The position numbers were made by a program, and so were the translations under genes. A stretch of 63,879 bases of DNA, the filler included, from Octopus bimaculoides (lineage: Eukaryota): assembly GCF_001194135.2 (NCBI RefSeq). It is 6 parts of 5 records of this genome, joined end to end, with 100 filler letters (N's around TTAATTAATTAA, not from the genome) between each part and the next. Parts side by side here need not be neighbours in the genome. Positions count along the whole stretch, not along the records: positions 1 to 29,201 come from NC_068986.1; 5 more parts are not named here. One strand, given 5' to 3'. Below are positions 12,763-26,523 of this stretch, in pieces. The number at the start of each line of letters is the position of its first letter. The first letter of the stretch is position 1. Below the pieces are notes generated by a model that worked only from the letters and a program-made list of their open reading frames with translations, searched no databases and was not told where the DNA came from.

Positions 12763-12795
<33 letters not shown>

Positions 12796-14245
12796 GCACA
12801 CACACACATACATACACGTGTGTGTATAAGTGTATGTATCACCATCATCATTTAACATCCATTTCCCATGCTGGCGTAGGTTAAATGGTTTGACTGGAAC
12901 TGGTAAATTGGACAGCTGTACCAGGCTCCAGTCCAATTTGGCTTGGTTTCTACAGCTGGATGCCTTTCCTATATATATATATATGACCGGTTTCTTTCAA
13001 CCAAATTCCTCTACAAAGCATTGGTTGGTCCTAGTAGAAGAGACTTATCCAAAGTACCAAAGTGAGACCAATCCCAAAGTTGACCATAGTAGAATCTGAA
13101 CTCAGAATGTAAAGAGCCAGAAATGCCACTAGACAATTTATTCTACAAGCTAAATAATAATGGTTTCAAATTTTGGCACAAGAGCCAGCAAGGTTGGGAA
13201 AGGAGTAAGTTATTACATCAACCCCAGTGTTCAACTGGTATTTATCTTACAAACCCCGAAGAGGATGAAAATAATGCTAAATAACAACGAACCAAAATAG
13301 CCATAAAGATTATGGAAAGACAGTAAAAATGACATTATCGAGTCAAAGTAAATGTATGTCATTTGTATTCTCCCTATCATTAATCAACACAAACTAATTA
13401 ATGTTTAGTAAAGTTGGTTAAATTAAAATTAATGTTTACTGACTGATTTTAATTATTACCCATCTACCCCCCCCCCCNNNNNNNNNNNNNNNNNNNNNNN
13501 NNNNNNNNNNNNNNNNNNNNNNNNNNNNNNNNNNNNNNNNNNNNNNNNNNNNNNNNNNNNNNNNNNNNNNNNNNNNNNNNNNNNNNNNNNNNNNNNNNNN
13601 NNNNNNNNNNNNNNNNNNNNNNNNNNNNNNNNNNNNNNNNNNNNNNNNNNNNNNNNNNNNNNNNNNNNNNNNNNNNNNNNNNNNNNNNNNNNNNNNNNAA
13701 AAAAAAAAAAAAAAAAAAAAGAGCAGTTTTATAAAGGTTATCCCTTTCAGGTCTTCGATTATTTTGCAAAATAAAATTGAATGAAAAGTATTGAGAATAT
13801 CAGTATAATTGGTATTCTGATAGCCTTTGGAAGAAGAGAGAGTTGGTGTGTGTGTGTATATATATGTATATATATTATATATATGTATAACATTAAAGTC
13901 CGTGTAGAAAAAAAAAAAGAAAAAAAATCACACATTTATTAATTCAAACTCAATGAAGCTACAGAGACAGTTTTATTCAGGATGGTAAAGTCACCAAGTT
14001 TATACCACAGCAACAAACAAGTCCAACTTCCGTTGAATTTTGAGTACAAGGTGAGTACTTTCAATAAAGTTCATTAGCACAGGTTAGTCAGTTTCAATGC
14101 ACAATGATGCTGTGCAGTGCCGTGGCAAGCATTTAACTCTCACTGGCTCAGTCTACCAAGTTGTAGATAGAGACTATGCAGAGGTTTAATTAATGCTCAG
14201 CTCAAATCTACTTCAGAGTAGCAGGAATATTATTAGAACGCTGGA

Positions 14246-14809
14246 TTAACCCTTTAGCATTCAAGCCAGTCATATCAGGCATCTCACACCTACCCTACAA
14301 TGTCATTCTAAAAATTAATTAGCACATCATCGAATTTCCAAAGCTACAAGTATGATTAATTCAAAACAATGTGAATAAATAAGCATTACATCTGAATGCT
14401 AGAGTCAGATACCTAACTGAATATTTTGTCCAAACTCTGCATAATTGGTTGACTTTGCCTTCCATTGCTCAAGGCGTATATTAACCAGTCATATTCTAAG
14501 CTTAAATTAATTTCAAGTGCTCCTCTTTCAAATTTGTATCCTTGCAGCAATGCAAGAGATGATTGCCAGTGTTGTTTCATCAATAGAGATCATTAACTCT
14601 ATAGCATCCAGATTATTCTGCCGAATTTAATGCTTTATATACTCACAGTTTTTAATTAATCAGGTATTACCCTGCAGCTTCAATATTTCAATGATGTGAT
14701 TGTTTATTTTTTGAATGACATTGTACAATAACCAGACCTGGTCAGTTTGAACACAAAACAGGTGGAATATTTGGGCGAGATATGGCCAATTTGAATGCTA
14801 AAGGGTTAA
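14246..14809. mobile_element. Pair of oppositely oriented piggyBac-like MITEs (14246-14408, 14593-14809)
   Basis: TTAA-CCCTTTAGCATTCAA at 14246 and TTGAATGCTAAAGGG-TTAA ending 14809. TTAA target plus CCC termini are piggyBac hallmarks. A related ttaacccttt...aaagggataa element lies at about 15193-15420. Confidence 0.6.
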
Positions 14810-16654
14810 ACTGTTAAAGAATGAAGTCGAGTATTTGGTGTAAGTGAGTGGTGATGATGGTGGTGGTGTACTATACATCAGTGGATTTAGACCTTTCAGG
14901 TTTTTTGCAACATCAGCATTGCAAAGATGTGGCATAAGAAAACACTAGGCCCTTCAGTTTTTTTAAATTCTATTTTTTCTTAATGACTTAATCAAGGGAC
15001 GAAAGGTAGCACATTGGAACTGGTGGGAAGAAGTTATATACTCAGACTGAAGCTGTGACTTGAATGAATGTGACAGAGTGGACTCAAAGGGCTAAGTGGT
15101 ATAGACATAGTTTCTGCCAAACAGATTTCATTCAGAAGGCTTTGGTCAACCAGATGCTGCACAGGGGTAGTGAAGTAGTGAAGTAAAACTCTTTAACCCT
15201 TTTGATTCCAACCTACTTGAGACCACCCCAATTCTATGACAGCAAAAAAAAAACCCCCAAAACAACATCTTGTTTGAAAACGGTTCAAATTAAAACCTTC
15301 CACTAAAGTGTCATGTTAATTTATGCTCTAAAGACCAACTTAATGATTGTTTTTTTATTTTCGAAATTAATTGAAACAAAGGCAGTATATCTCAACAGGA
15401 ATATGGTCATGAAAGGGATAATCACACAGCCATGCCTGGATCCAATTAATCCTTGTAGGGTAGAACCTTTTTTACTGGTTCTACAGACTGCAAGGTGTTA
15501 ACTGTCCCAGCCAACTCTATAAAAAGAGACAATGCAGCAACAATAACAGCAGCAGCCCTTGCTTGCTAAGGAGTTCTATGTTGCCAGTATAAAGTATAAT
15601 TGTTCAACAGCACATACAACAGATCAACAAGTAATTCATTAACCATCAAGACAATAAAAGGTAATAAATGAGTGGAACTACTTTACAATGTGAATAAAAA
15701 AGTATCAGTCAGTAACAAATTAAAAACTTGTAAAGAATCTAGGAGAAACTATGGCAAATACTTATTAAGTGATGATACAAACTGGGATACGGTATTTACA
15801 AAAATCTTACAACCCAGAATGTATGTGTGTGTGTGTGTGGGGGGGGGCTACCCCTTATTGCCAATTGATAACTCATATATATTCTTTTAATTATTTTAGT
15901 CAGTTGGCATCAGCAGATCGCCCCAGGACTTATTTTTTAAGCCTAGTACTTATTCTATTGATCTCTTTTGCCAAACTGCTAAGTAACGGAGATGCAAACA
16001 CACCAACACCAGTTGTCAAGCAGTGATAGGGGAACAAACACAGACACACACATATATACATGCTGTAGAGAATTAGTAATAATGGTTCACCCCTCCCACG
16101 TGACAAGTGGAATGAGCCTGTTACTACAAGTAAGGTGATGTTGGCCAGTATCAAGAGTATGTAGAGTACCCCGAGTGCATGTTAGACTGTGTTGTTAGGG
16201 ACGTAAACACACCTGCTTTGGTTGTAAATCAATGTGTGTGTGTGAGGTAGGGGTAAACACCAACACACACACATACATCATCATCATTTAACGTCCACCT
16301 TCCATGCTGGTGTGGGTGAGACAGTTTGGCAGAAGCCTGCACCAGACTTCTGTGACTGTTGTGACAGGATTTTTACAGCTGGATGCTCTTCCTAACACCA
16401 ACCACTCAGCAGAGTGGACTGAGTGCTTTTTACGTGGCACAAGCACAGGTGAGGTCAGTTTTGGCAAGGTTTTTACAGCTGGATGCCCTTCCAAATGCCA
16501 ACCACTTTACAGTGTGGACTGGATGCTTTTTAAGTGCACTGACAGGGTCACCAAGTACCTTGCAAGACAAAAAAAATCTTTTGAGAGGGGAGGGGGCATT
16601 GGAGGAAGTGATCTTGTGTCGGATGATGAAAGATCACCTCCTCCAATATATATA

Positions 16655-16822
16655 TACACAACAGATTTCTCTCAGTTTCCATTTACCAAATCCACTCACA
16701 AGGCTTTGGTTGACCTGAGGCTATAGCAGAAGACATTTGCACAAGGTTTCACACTGTAGGACTGAACCCGGAACCATGTGGCTGGGAAGCAAACTTCATA
16801 CCACACAGCCACACTTGCACCT
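16655..16822 (-). mobile_element. SINE family A, 5' half (a 3' half lies at about 15890-16050)
   Basis: Reverse complement of the tRNA-like head ggtgcaagtgtggctgtgtggt...ggttcagtcct. Confidence 0.8.
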
Positions 16823-17291
16823 ATGCTGAGGAAAGAAAAACATGACCAAACTTATCACTAAACATAGTTATTTCCTTCTTCAAAACAGTTCTAATTCTAC
16901 AAATCAGGATCCTGCAAGGAAATAAGCAGTTCCAAGACGGCTCAATCAGCTAAATACAGCAGTCAAATCTCCCTCAAATAATACCTCATCATTTTTTAAA
17001 AAAAGAACACACTGAAGAATACACTTTACATATTTCATGAAAATAGAATGGTCAAGTGTCACTGATAATAGGTTGGCTTGATTATAGTTGACCTCAGGGG
17101 CCTACAACATCAGTTCTGAAGATTAATTTAGTACTGGCTCCATAGCACCAAGTTCCCTAAACATAACCGATATGATAAAACTATCAAAGCCAAAATATAA
17201 TGCCAGAGGTGACCCTTACTTGAAAAACAAGGGAGAGTTAATGACAAGAAGGCCATCCAACTGTAAAACAATGCCTCAAATATATTTAAGT

Positions 17292-17807
17292 CAAATGGGT
17301 TCTCAACTGGGGTCCACACAACAAATTAGTAAATTAGGGATCCACAATTAAGGGACTCTGAAAACATTTTGCTTTAGGCGTATGTATTGATATGTATTGC
17401 AAGTAACAGCTAGGTTTCACAAGTTAATGTTCAAAAATCAAATAAGACTTTTGAAAGAAGTATTTATAAAACTAGTTTTTAAACATTGAATGGCTATGGG
17501 GTCCACCAGAATAAAATAGTAATGAAAGGGGTCCATAGATAAAAAGTGGTTGAGAACCCCTGGTCTAATTGCTTCTCAACCATTTTCTGCCCATGGACCT
17601 CTTTGATTCTTATTTTATTCAAGGAGGAGGAACCCTTGCTGCCATTCAATGTCTACAAGCTTTTATTATAATGCAATGATTAAATATTATTTAGGAACTG
17701 TATTAAGAAAAATGCTTAAATATTTTGTGTATTGTAGAAATGTAACCAGTTTATTGGACTTAAATTTTAACAACAAATCTTACATGGACCATGGTTGAGA
17801 ATCACTG
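17292..17807. mobile_element. Two adjacent hAT-like MITEs (17292-17562, 17570-17807)
   Basis: Terminal inverted repeats gggttctcaac...gttgagaacccctg and ttctcaaccat...atggttgagaatcactg. Confidence 0.55.
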
Positions 17808-18184
17808 GTCAGACCATACTCGCATAAAAAGGAAAATACATATAAGCAGAGTTATGCATTAAGCATGCCATATAACGACCCTCATAACTTTATTTTTCGG
17901 AATTTTCACAATTTTTTTGCGAATTTGTATTATAGACACGTACATTCATACAATTACGCAAAAACTAAACAGGAAAATGTTTCAATGTGTGATTTAAGAA
18001 CTATTTAGCTGTTATTTTTAGCACATCTCATGACCACCTCATTTGTTTTGTCAATCTGATGTATTGATGTTCATCAATATCTTTCTCCCCACAAACACAT
18101 TTAATGGCCGGCCTATTGCTGGGATTTAAGCCAAAAATTCAGACTGTCCGTATTTTAAACTCTGAGTTAAAACAATTTTTTTAA

Positions 18185-18475
18185 AGAAGCTTACTTCCCA
18201 AGTGCATGGTTCTGCGTGACACTTTGGGCAAATGCCTTCTACTATAGTCTCGAGCCAACCAAAGCCTTGTGAGTGGATTTGGTAGACAGAAACTGAAAGA
18301 AGCCCACTGCATATATATATATATATTTAGGTATGTGTCTTTGTTCCCCCTCTATCGCTTGACAACCGATGTTGGTGTGTTTATGTCGATGTAACTTAGC
18401 GGTTTGGCAAAAGAGACCAGTAGAATAAGTACTGGGTTTACAAAGACTAAGTCCTGGGATCAATTTTCCGAAAAT
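18185..18475 (+). mobile_element. SINE family A copy
   Basis: Colinear with 52709-53160. Confidence 0.8.
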
Positions 18476-19183
18476 AACCGCCAATAAATACATGAAACTC
18501 CTTTGATTATAGGTCTGTCTGCTTGATGAGGGTTACACGTTTTTAGCCACTCTACCGCAGCATACATGGTCCACAGATGTGAATGTTTTCAAAAAATCTC
18601 AGTAAATACCACGAAATTTAGAAAGCAACACATCTGTTCATATATATATATGGGCGAAGGGGACGAAGTCTTTTTTTTTAAAAGATTTGTTTCCATAAAC
18701 AAGCTTTTCCCCCATCATTTTGAAGTGCGGAGTGAAAAAACATGGAAAAACAGGCTTCAAAACGTAGAAAATCGAACTATGGGCGACCTATTTCAGACTT
18801 CCGCCTCTAATTCGATAGATATTGTGTCTGAAAAGACGGAATGGTCACGGTTAGAATGGTTGTGGTTAGAGATCAACAATCAGGGCTGAGTTAAGTAACA
18901 ACATTTTTGTTTTTACACTATTTCATTTATGCATTTTAAGGGTAGCATTTAAATATCAATCAATGTGGATAATAACAAGCTTTCATCAACGAAATACAAA
19001 TGTTTAAAATTTAAAGAAACGGATTTTAGTATTGAAAACTGGTAGTTTATTAAAGTTAGTGGCGACGGTACCTCTGCCAAGGTTAGCTATGATAAATACA
19101 CGAGTAAAATAGCACATACACACACACACACACACATACATATATATATCAGTGGATGAATAAAAAACAGATGAACAATATAC

Positions 19184-19505
19184 CTTGCGCACGTAAAATA
19201 GCAGATTTTCCGCGGCCAGCTCCGCCGCTGGTTCCACCTTTGCCCTGGACTTTCTTAAACATGGGAGCATTCTTTAACATATCTGGTAAAATCAAAAATC
19301 GTATTTTACTACCGCGAATAAACACATTCTCCAACGTAGCCACACGTCCATCGCGATATGTTACATTAATATTGGACATTTGGCAATTCATGTTGTCTTC
19401 GGCTTCGACCAATTTTCCTCGGTAAACTTCGCCTGTTGTAGTTTCACAGGTCACGGTGTGACCTTCTGCTTCGTGCAGCACCTTGATTGGAACGCCAATA
19501 GACAT
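19184..19505 (-). CDS. SNRPD3: Small nuclear ribonucleoprotein Sm D3, coding exon 1 (codons 1-107 plus 1 nt)
   Basis: Translation [83 protein letters not shown]...[11 protein letters not shown] is near-identical to known Sm D3. Donor CAAG|gtatat at 19184/19183, phase 1. Confidence 0.98.
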
Positions 19506-19640
19506 ATCGTATTAATTGATTTAAAAAGTTCTTTTACAAAGATAAGAACGAAGAATAAAGAAGCTGGCGCAAATTTCAAACTGAAGAAAAAGGATTCAGT
19601 TAATGATGGCGCCCAAACACGTGTTGTGTGAATGAAAGTG
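19506..19640 (-). promoter_or_regulatory. Probable 5' UTR / core promoter of SNRPD3
   Basis: Directly upstream of the ATG. YY1-like GGCGCCATCATT (19613-19602) and E2F-like TTTGCGCC; no splice acceptor seen near the ATG. Motif function is inferred. Confidence 0.5.
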
Positions 19641-19768
19641 GTTTCTGTGGAATTAGAGAGTTTTAATGATAAGGGAGGTAACTACTTCACGTTGAAATAA
19701 ACGATATTCATTTCGCATATGAAAGTAAATGTGTATTTGTTTGATGTATGTGAGAATTAATGTGTGTA

Positions 19769-19819
<51 letters not shown>

Positions 19820-21545
19820 NNNNNNNNNNNNNNNNNNNNNNNNNNNNNNNNNNNNNNNNNNNNNNNNNNNNNNNNNNNNNNNNNNNNNNNNNNNNNNNNN
19901 NNNNNNNNNNNNNNNNNNNNNNNNNNNNNNNNNNNNNNNNNNNNNNNNNNNNNNNNNNNNNNNNNNNNNNNNNNNNNNNNNNNNNNNNNNNNNNNNNNNN
20001 NNNNNNNNNNNNNNNNNNNNNNNNNNNNNNNNNNNNNNNNNNNNNNNNNNNNNNNNNNNNNNNNNNNNNNNNNNNNNNNNNNNNNNNNNNNNNNNNNNNN
20101 NNNNNNNNNNNNNNNNNNNNNNNNNNNNNNNNNNNNNNNNNNNNATATATATATATATATATATATATAGCAGAAACAAAAGAGTGACACAAGAAAATCA
20201 AAACCGCTCAGTGTTCAAGCATAAGGGAAGTAATCATTATTTGTAATAAAGAGTTATTTACCTTGTTAAAATCTCTACACGGTTTTGGGATTTCAAATTG
20301 CTACTTTCATCTATTGCTAAAACATCATTGTTATTTCAGATTAAGTTTATATCAATTAGCAATAAGATGTGTTGCTAAATGAATTTTTGCTGCCGTTTAT
20401 TTACCTTGCTAATCACGAATGGCCAATTTGTGCCTGGTCATCGCTCTTTCGTTGTATAATGGTAGAACGAGAGAGCCTAGTTATATATAAGTTACTACAG
20501 TTTAGCCGTCCCAGGACAGTCTTCATTGATCGGACCATGGAGAAAATACATTTATGACCTGACCATCATGTCGTTTTTAGGCAATACATAGGCGTGTATT
20601 ATTTAGTGCGGCTATTCCTTGTTTAAGGCGGTAGGACGTAATTTGAAAGAAATTTGCTTACTACTTGTAGCAGATCGAGCAACCACTGGTATTATAATTC
20701 ACCATTGAAAGCTGTGACAATACTGTAGTATCAATCATTATTTTGTTAGAGAATAAGTAATACAAATGTTATTCATTTGTCATGTCTCTCTGCACGGCAA
20801 GTTCAAATACCGCCGAGGTCAACTTCACCTTTTATCCTTTCGGGGTAGATAAAAAAAAATGTATCAACCCAAGGCGATGGATTAATGGAACTGGATACCT
20901 TGTGGTATTTGTTTCAGTTCTTTGAGTTCTGAGTTCGAACACCTCGCCTTTTGGGGGTTGTGACACAATTCGTTATCCGGTTTGGACAGCGAATTATAGG
21001 GGCTCGTTTATAAAGCGCTTAGCTTTACAGTGTCCCTTCAGACCATAATGACCACTGTACATCAACGGGACCAAGCGTTGCAAGCTGCGCACAACTGTGT
21101 CTGCGTGCTCAACAACTTGCCACGAGGATTTTCTTTTGAATAGAGGTTACAGGCCACCGGCCATTAGGGTCTGAAGAGACGTTGTAAAGCTATGCGCTTT
21201 ATGGACGTGAAACTATGGGTAACTCCGTAGAACGGCTATAACTATCTTTATCTAGTACTCACTCACACACACACACACACACACACATTAGGTGGTGCCC
21301 CAGCATGGCCACAGTTAAATGACTGAAACAAGTAAAAGAATACACACACACAGACACAATACACACGTGCATATACATACATGTATACATGCATGTGTAT
21401 ATACATACATGTATACATGCATGTGCATATGTGTGTGTGTGTGTGTGTGTGTATGCGTGTGTGTGTGTGTACATGTATAATGATAACGTTCTTTCCAGAA
21501 ATTCGATTTTATCATAAAATATCAAATTGATAAACAAATTCAATC

Positions 21546-21588
<43 letters not shown>

Positions 21589-21609
21589 TTTCTTTTATTT
21601 CTTTAGTTG

Positions 21610-22390
21610 CCAGACATCGGAGTTTCAATGTATCCATGCCCAGGGAAGGGAAGCAAAGCGTTCAGAGTATGGTAGATGCCTGATGGAGGGCATTCGTTTG
21701 GTTGCCCGTCTCTGAACAGTTTCCAGGAGGTCAATGTTCTGAGCAAGATAGGGGTTCCAGACTGGTGATGCGAATTCCAAGTGTGTCCGCACCATAGCCA
21801 TATACAACCTTAAATAGATAGCTGGAGAGCAGTTGACAAAGGTCTTGCTGAGTGATACCAAGACACCCTCGGCCTTCTTGACAATTTTAGACATGTTCTT
21901 TGTCCAGTGTAAGTCGCTGCTGACAGTAATGCCCAGGTCGTGTTCACAAGAAGACTTCTTGATATTAGTGTTGTGGCGGGAGGATGTGGACGCTGGGTTT
22001 TTCCTCCCAAATGCATGGTGGTACACTTGTCCACAGCCAGACTGAGTCCCAGTCCGTGATCCATTGCTCCATTGTGTCCAGATCTGTTGCAGGAAAGATC
22101 TAATAGTATTCAGGATTTGTCCTTTTTATCTCATGGTACAGCTTGATTTCATCTGCATATTTCAGCTCTGTGGCATTATTTAAAATGGTATCTGTGTTAT
22201 TTATGTATGCAACAAACAAAAGAGTACCAAGAACAGATCCCTTGCGGTACATCAGATGACACCTCATAGCGTGGAGAATGCTGTCCTAGAACCGTGACTA
22301 CCTCTTTCCGATTGAGAATGAAGGACTCCAACCAGTTAAAAAGATTATCTTTCACACCCAATGCAGAGAGTTTTGTCATAAGTTTTACAA
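21610..22390 (-). mobile_element. CR1/L2-clade LINE RT C-terminal relic
   Basis: LFNWLESFILNRKEVVTV...VSSDVPQG, LKYADEIKLY, EHDLGITVSSDLHW, LYMAMVRTHLEFASPVWNPYLAQNIDLLETVQRRATK. Confidence 0.9.
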
Positions 22391-22515
22391 CTCCTGGTAT
22401 TTATGTAAGAGTCATTTCCCCTAAATTAAAGAACTAGAGGCAAAGATACACACAAGTGGAGGAAAAATAAAGTTGAAGAGGCTAGAGGGAAAATGCAGAA
22501 AGGATAAAAGGTATG

Positions 22516-22557
<42 letters not shown>

Positions 22558-22845
22558 CAAATTTGGGATTTTACCAATAGGACCACAACCTTATTTTGTG
22601 GAGTACACATAGAAAATTATATCCAAAATACTAATCTAATAATATAAGCATTTTAAAGCCTACTATAATATACAATAAAATAAAGTACAATAGAATTAAT
22701 TAAAAATTATTTAAACATATTAAAAAATATATATATACCTTACCTGTTATTAGTCTGTGGGGAAAGAAAATAATATTAATGAACGCTACACGTGTTTCTG
22801 CCCTGGTGGTTTGTTTTCCCAGGCTATACCTAATACATAAATCCA

Positions 22846-22894
<49 letters not shown>

Positions 22895-23484
22895 TGGATG
22901 TGAGTATGTGTGTGTGTGTGTTCAGGGTCCTCTCAATTGCATTAAGGTATCCGGTCTAATCATTCATTGGTTTCTGCAGTATTTATTTATTGACTGCAAG
23001 CCATAGTATATACGGAAGATCGGAATTGAGCCCTGAGACCAGTGAGGTTCCTGGGCAACTGTCCAGTGTGCTTATGCTATAAGATGGCACCATAAGTGTA
23101 TGGGTGTGTGTGTGGAGGGGTGCGCTCGAGTATGTCTGCGTGTGAGTATGAAGTAAGTAAAAAAGGTGAATAAAATAGAAAAATAAAAGTGGAAATACTT
23201 ATTTTTAATTTAAAATCGAAATGTAATTGTCAATTATTCTCCCCCTCCTCCATTCCTCTATTTCCGTCCTATTCTTTCTGAATCTCCCACCCCCTGTTGT
23301 CTTCTTAACCTTTCTCTTATGGACACAAGAGTGAAGCAACTCCTACGTAAATCTTATGAATTGTTCCCCCTATTTTCATCAAATGGTGCAATTCAAATAT
23401 GAAACTCAGAGTTATAGCGTATTCTCTCTAAATTCTGTATCACTTTATTTCATTCACTCTTTCTTTTCATGGAACCAGGCTTTA

Positions 23485-23760
<276 letters not shown>

Positions 23761-24031
23761 TATATATACATATATGTATATAGATATACATACATATATA
23801 TATTTGTGTATATTCTATAGATATATATGCCTTCACACACGCACACACACGCGCGCACGCGACTCAATGGTTAGAGCGTCGGGTTTACAATCGTGAGGTT
23901 GTGAGTTTGATTTTTGGACTGCGCTCTTTGTTGCATCCTTGAGCACTTTATTTGACGCTGATCCAGTTAACTCCTATGTACAAAAGGCTTGCGCCATCGC
24001 TGATACCAAGCTACACCGGTTTTTTTCCCTT

Positions 24032-24072
<41 letters not shown>

Positions 24073-24667
24073 TACATACATATATTTATACATACATACA
24101 CATCTATATATACATGTATGTATGTATGTATGTATGTATGTATGTATGTATGTATCTATTTATCCATGTATATATGTATATACACACACAATAGTATTTG
24201 TATATAATCATGTACTAGCGATTCAGCTCGCCTCCAATTCGGTTTACGTACGTTATGTTGATAAGTCACAAAAATGGCGAAACATCGATGCCCATCGCTC
24301 CTGAATGGGATTTGGGGTGAGTTGCCTCACCTGTTTATGACTTTCAGGTGTTATAGCTTTGAGAGAGTTATCCCCAGCGCGCCAAATCGCAGGCTACGGC
24401 AAACAAGCAGCGCACCCACACTGAGTATATGTGGTTGATAATGTTTAGTCTATTGACTAGATTTGTTCTTCACGCTAGACCACTGCTGGCAAAAAATTTC
24501 TAAATAATTTTTTGCTACCCTGAAATTTATTAATAATGATTTTTTTGGGGGATCTAGTTCAAAACGGGGGCACCAGTATTTTCTTAACGAAACACTTTGA
24601 AACTTGGGACACTGGTAGAATGTGTCATATAAAACATCTTTTACTCTTAGTCTTCTTAACAAAAAAC

Positions 24668-25069
24668 GTACATCGCAAGTTATTCCATGTTAAAGTTGTC
24701 GTATTTCTATAATTTCAACCAATCACTGACGTCTATTCAGCTGAATAGAGTTACTGCTGGCCGGTCATAAAAATGTTATCCCCTGTGACATATTTCATCC
24801 GGTTTAATCGTAATTTGTACGCATATATTGTTTATATAATAAATTACGCTGTGCGTATCTATGTGTGTAACAATTTTAGAGTTCAGATTCTAGAGTTAGG
24901 GTTAGTTTTAGGGTTAGGGTTAACAGTCTAGTTAGGGTTAGGGTTAGGGTTAGGGGATTAATACGATATACACCGTTACAGCGCTAACTGTTTTCAACTG
25001 AATACTTGTCAGTGATTAGTAGAAATTATCGAAATAAGACAATTTTTTACATGAAATAAATTCGAATAC
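24668..25069. mobile_element. MITE with long imperfect TIRs carrying internal TTAGGG repeats
   Basis: ttattccatgttaaagttgtcgtatttctataatttcaaccaatcactgac... pairs with ...gtcagtgattagtagaaattatcgaaataagacaattttttacatgaaataa; TTAGGG units at 24896-24955. Confidence 0.65.
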
Positions 25070-25369
25070 AAAATTCTTTTTCTGTTCTATAACACAAAAT
25101 AGATAAGTATACGAAGTTTGAAAGTCTTTCGGTACCAAAAACACTACATAAAACATAAATGAAAACTGGTGCCCCGTTTTGAACAAGATCCTTTTTTTGG
25201 CTAATTTTGGAAGAAAATCGGCATTTTTTATATTTACTGCCGATAAAAAAACTGCCGACCTCGGTGGAGTTTGTACTCAGTACGTAACACACATACACAC
25301 ACGAGGGGTTACCTAAAAGAAATTAGATTTTGCAATATTTACTTAGTTTTACATGTTTTACACTTTTTT

Positions 25370-25635
25370 CGCCAGATGAGGCTGCTGCACTTTATTGCTG
25401 AGCAACCTCCACATGTTTTGTTTATAGTAATTAGATGTTTGCGCTGTGTATTAGCTCACTCTCTCTATCAAATCAGCATCGTCCGTACAGGTACACGTCA
25501 GTTGTCAAAGTGATTGCAGAGTAATGTGAGGTGAAGTGTTTTGCTCAAGAACACAATGCACCGCCTTACCTGGGAATGGAAACAACGGTCTCGCGGTCTT
25601 GTGCGCAACATCCTAAGCACTTGGCCACGCACCCT
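25370..25635 (-). mobile_element. SINE family C copy
   Basis: Reverse complement has a tRNA-like head and the gtgttcttgagcaaaacacttc core shared with 46770-47080, 55070-55290 and 59830-60015. Confidence 0.65.
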
Positions 25636-25643
25636 CACTCACA

Positions 25644-25683
<40 letters not shown>

Positions 25684-26354
25684 TTGTGCGTGTGTATATA
25701 TATATATATATGTATATATGGGTACAAGCATCAATGTATGCACGTAATGTATGTGTGCGTACGTGTGTATACACTTGCATCGAAATGTTTGTGTATGCGT
25801 CACTATACACAGAGACAGAGTGCGAGGTGGGAAATTTTCTGTGAATATTTGGGTACTTGTGTATATTTTTTTGGATGATAATGAGTGCCTGTCTGTGTGT
25901 CTGCCTGTCTGTGTGTCTGCCTGTCTCTCTCTTTCTCTCTCCCTCTCTCTCTCTCTCTGTCTTTGAGTGTATGTGTTGGTCTTTGTTTGGAGTATGTTAT
26001 ACGTGTAACGTGAGAAAAGTACTCAACATACACACGTACACACACATACACATATACAAACACAGATATACACACACATATATAACACATATATATATAT
26101 ATATATATATATACCATCTATATATACATATGAATATATATATGAATACACATACATATAAGTACATACACACATTTACGTATAAGTATCTATGTATGTA
26201 CGTAATGAACCTGTGTGCGTACGTGTATGTGTGCATGTAGGTGTGTATGTGCATGTAAGCTTCATCCAAATATTTGTGTATGCGTCACTATGCACACAGA
26301 CGGAGTGGGAGGCGGAAATTTGTCTGTGAATATTTCTATGCTTGTGTATGTTTT

Positions 26355-26465
26355 CGAACAGCGTAGGCTCGAAATGTAAAAGACTTTTCCATTTTCGGAA
26401 AAGTCCCGAGCGTTAAACTAATACACCAACTTGTTCGTCTTTTGTTTTCGGTAAATCTGAACTAT
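26355..26465 (+). mobile_element. Short repeat resembling a Penelope terminal region (second copy at 60960-61080)
   Basis: gagcgtaggctcgaaa..taaaagacttttccatttt.cccgagc..taaactaa.acacc recurs, next to TA microsatellites. Confidence 0.45.
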
Positions 26466-26486
26466 ATACATATGAGTTATACATAT

Positions 26487-26523
<37 letters not shown>

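Noticed and set aside
24896-24955. True telomere or chromosome fusion site
   Set aside because: Only about seven imperfect units in one orientation, inside a TIR element in the middle of the scaffold.
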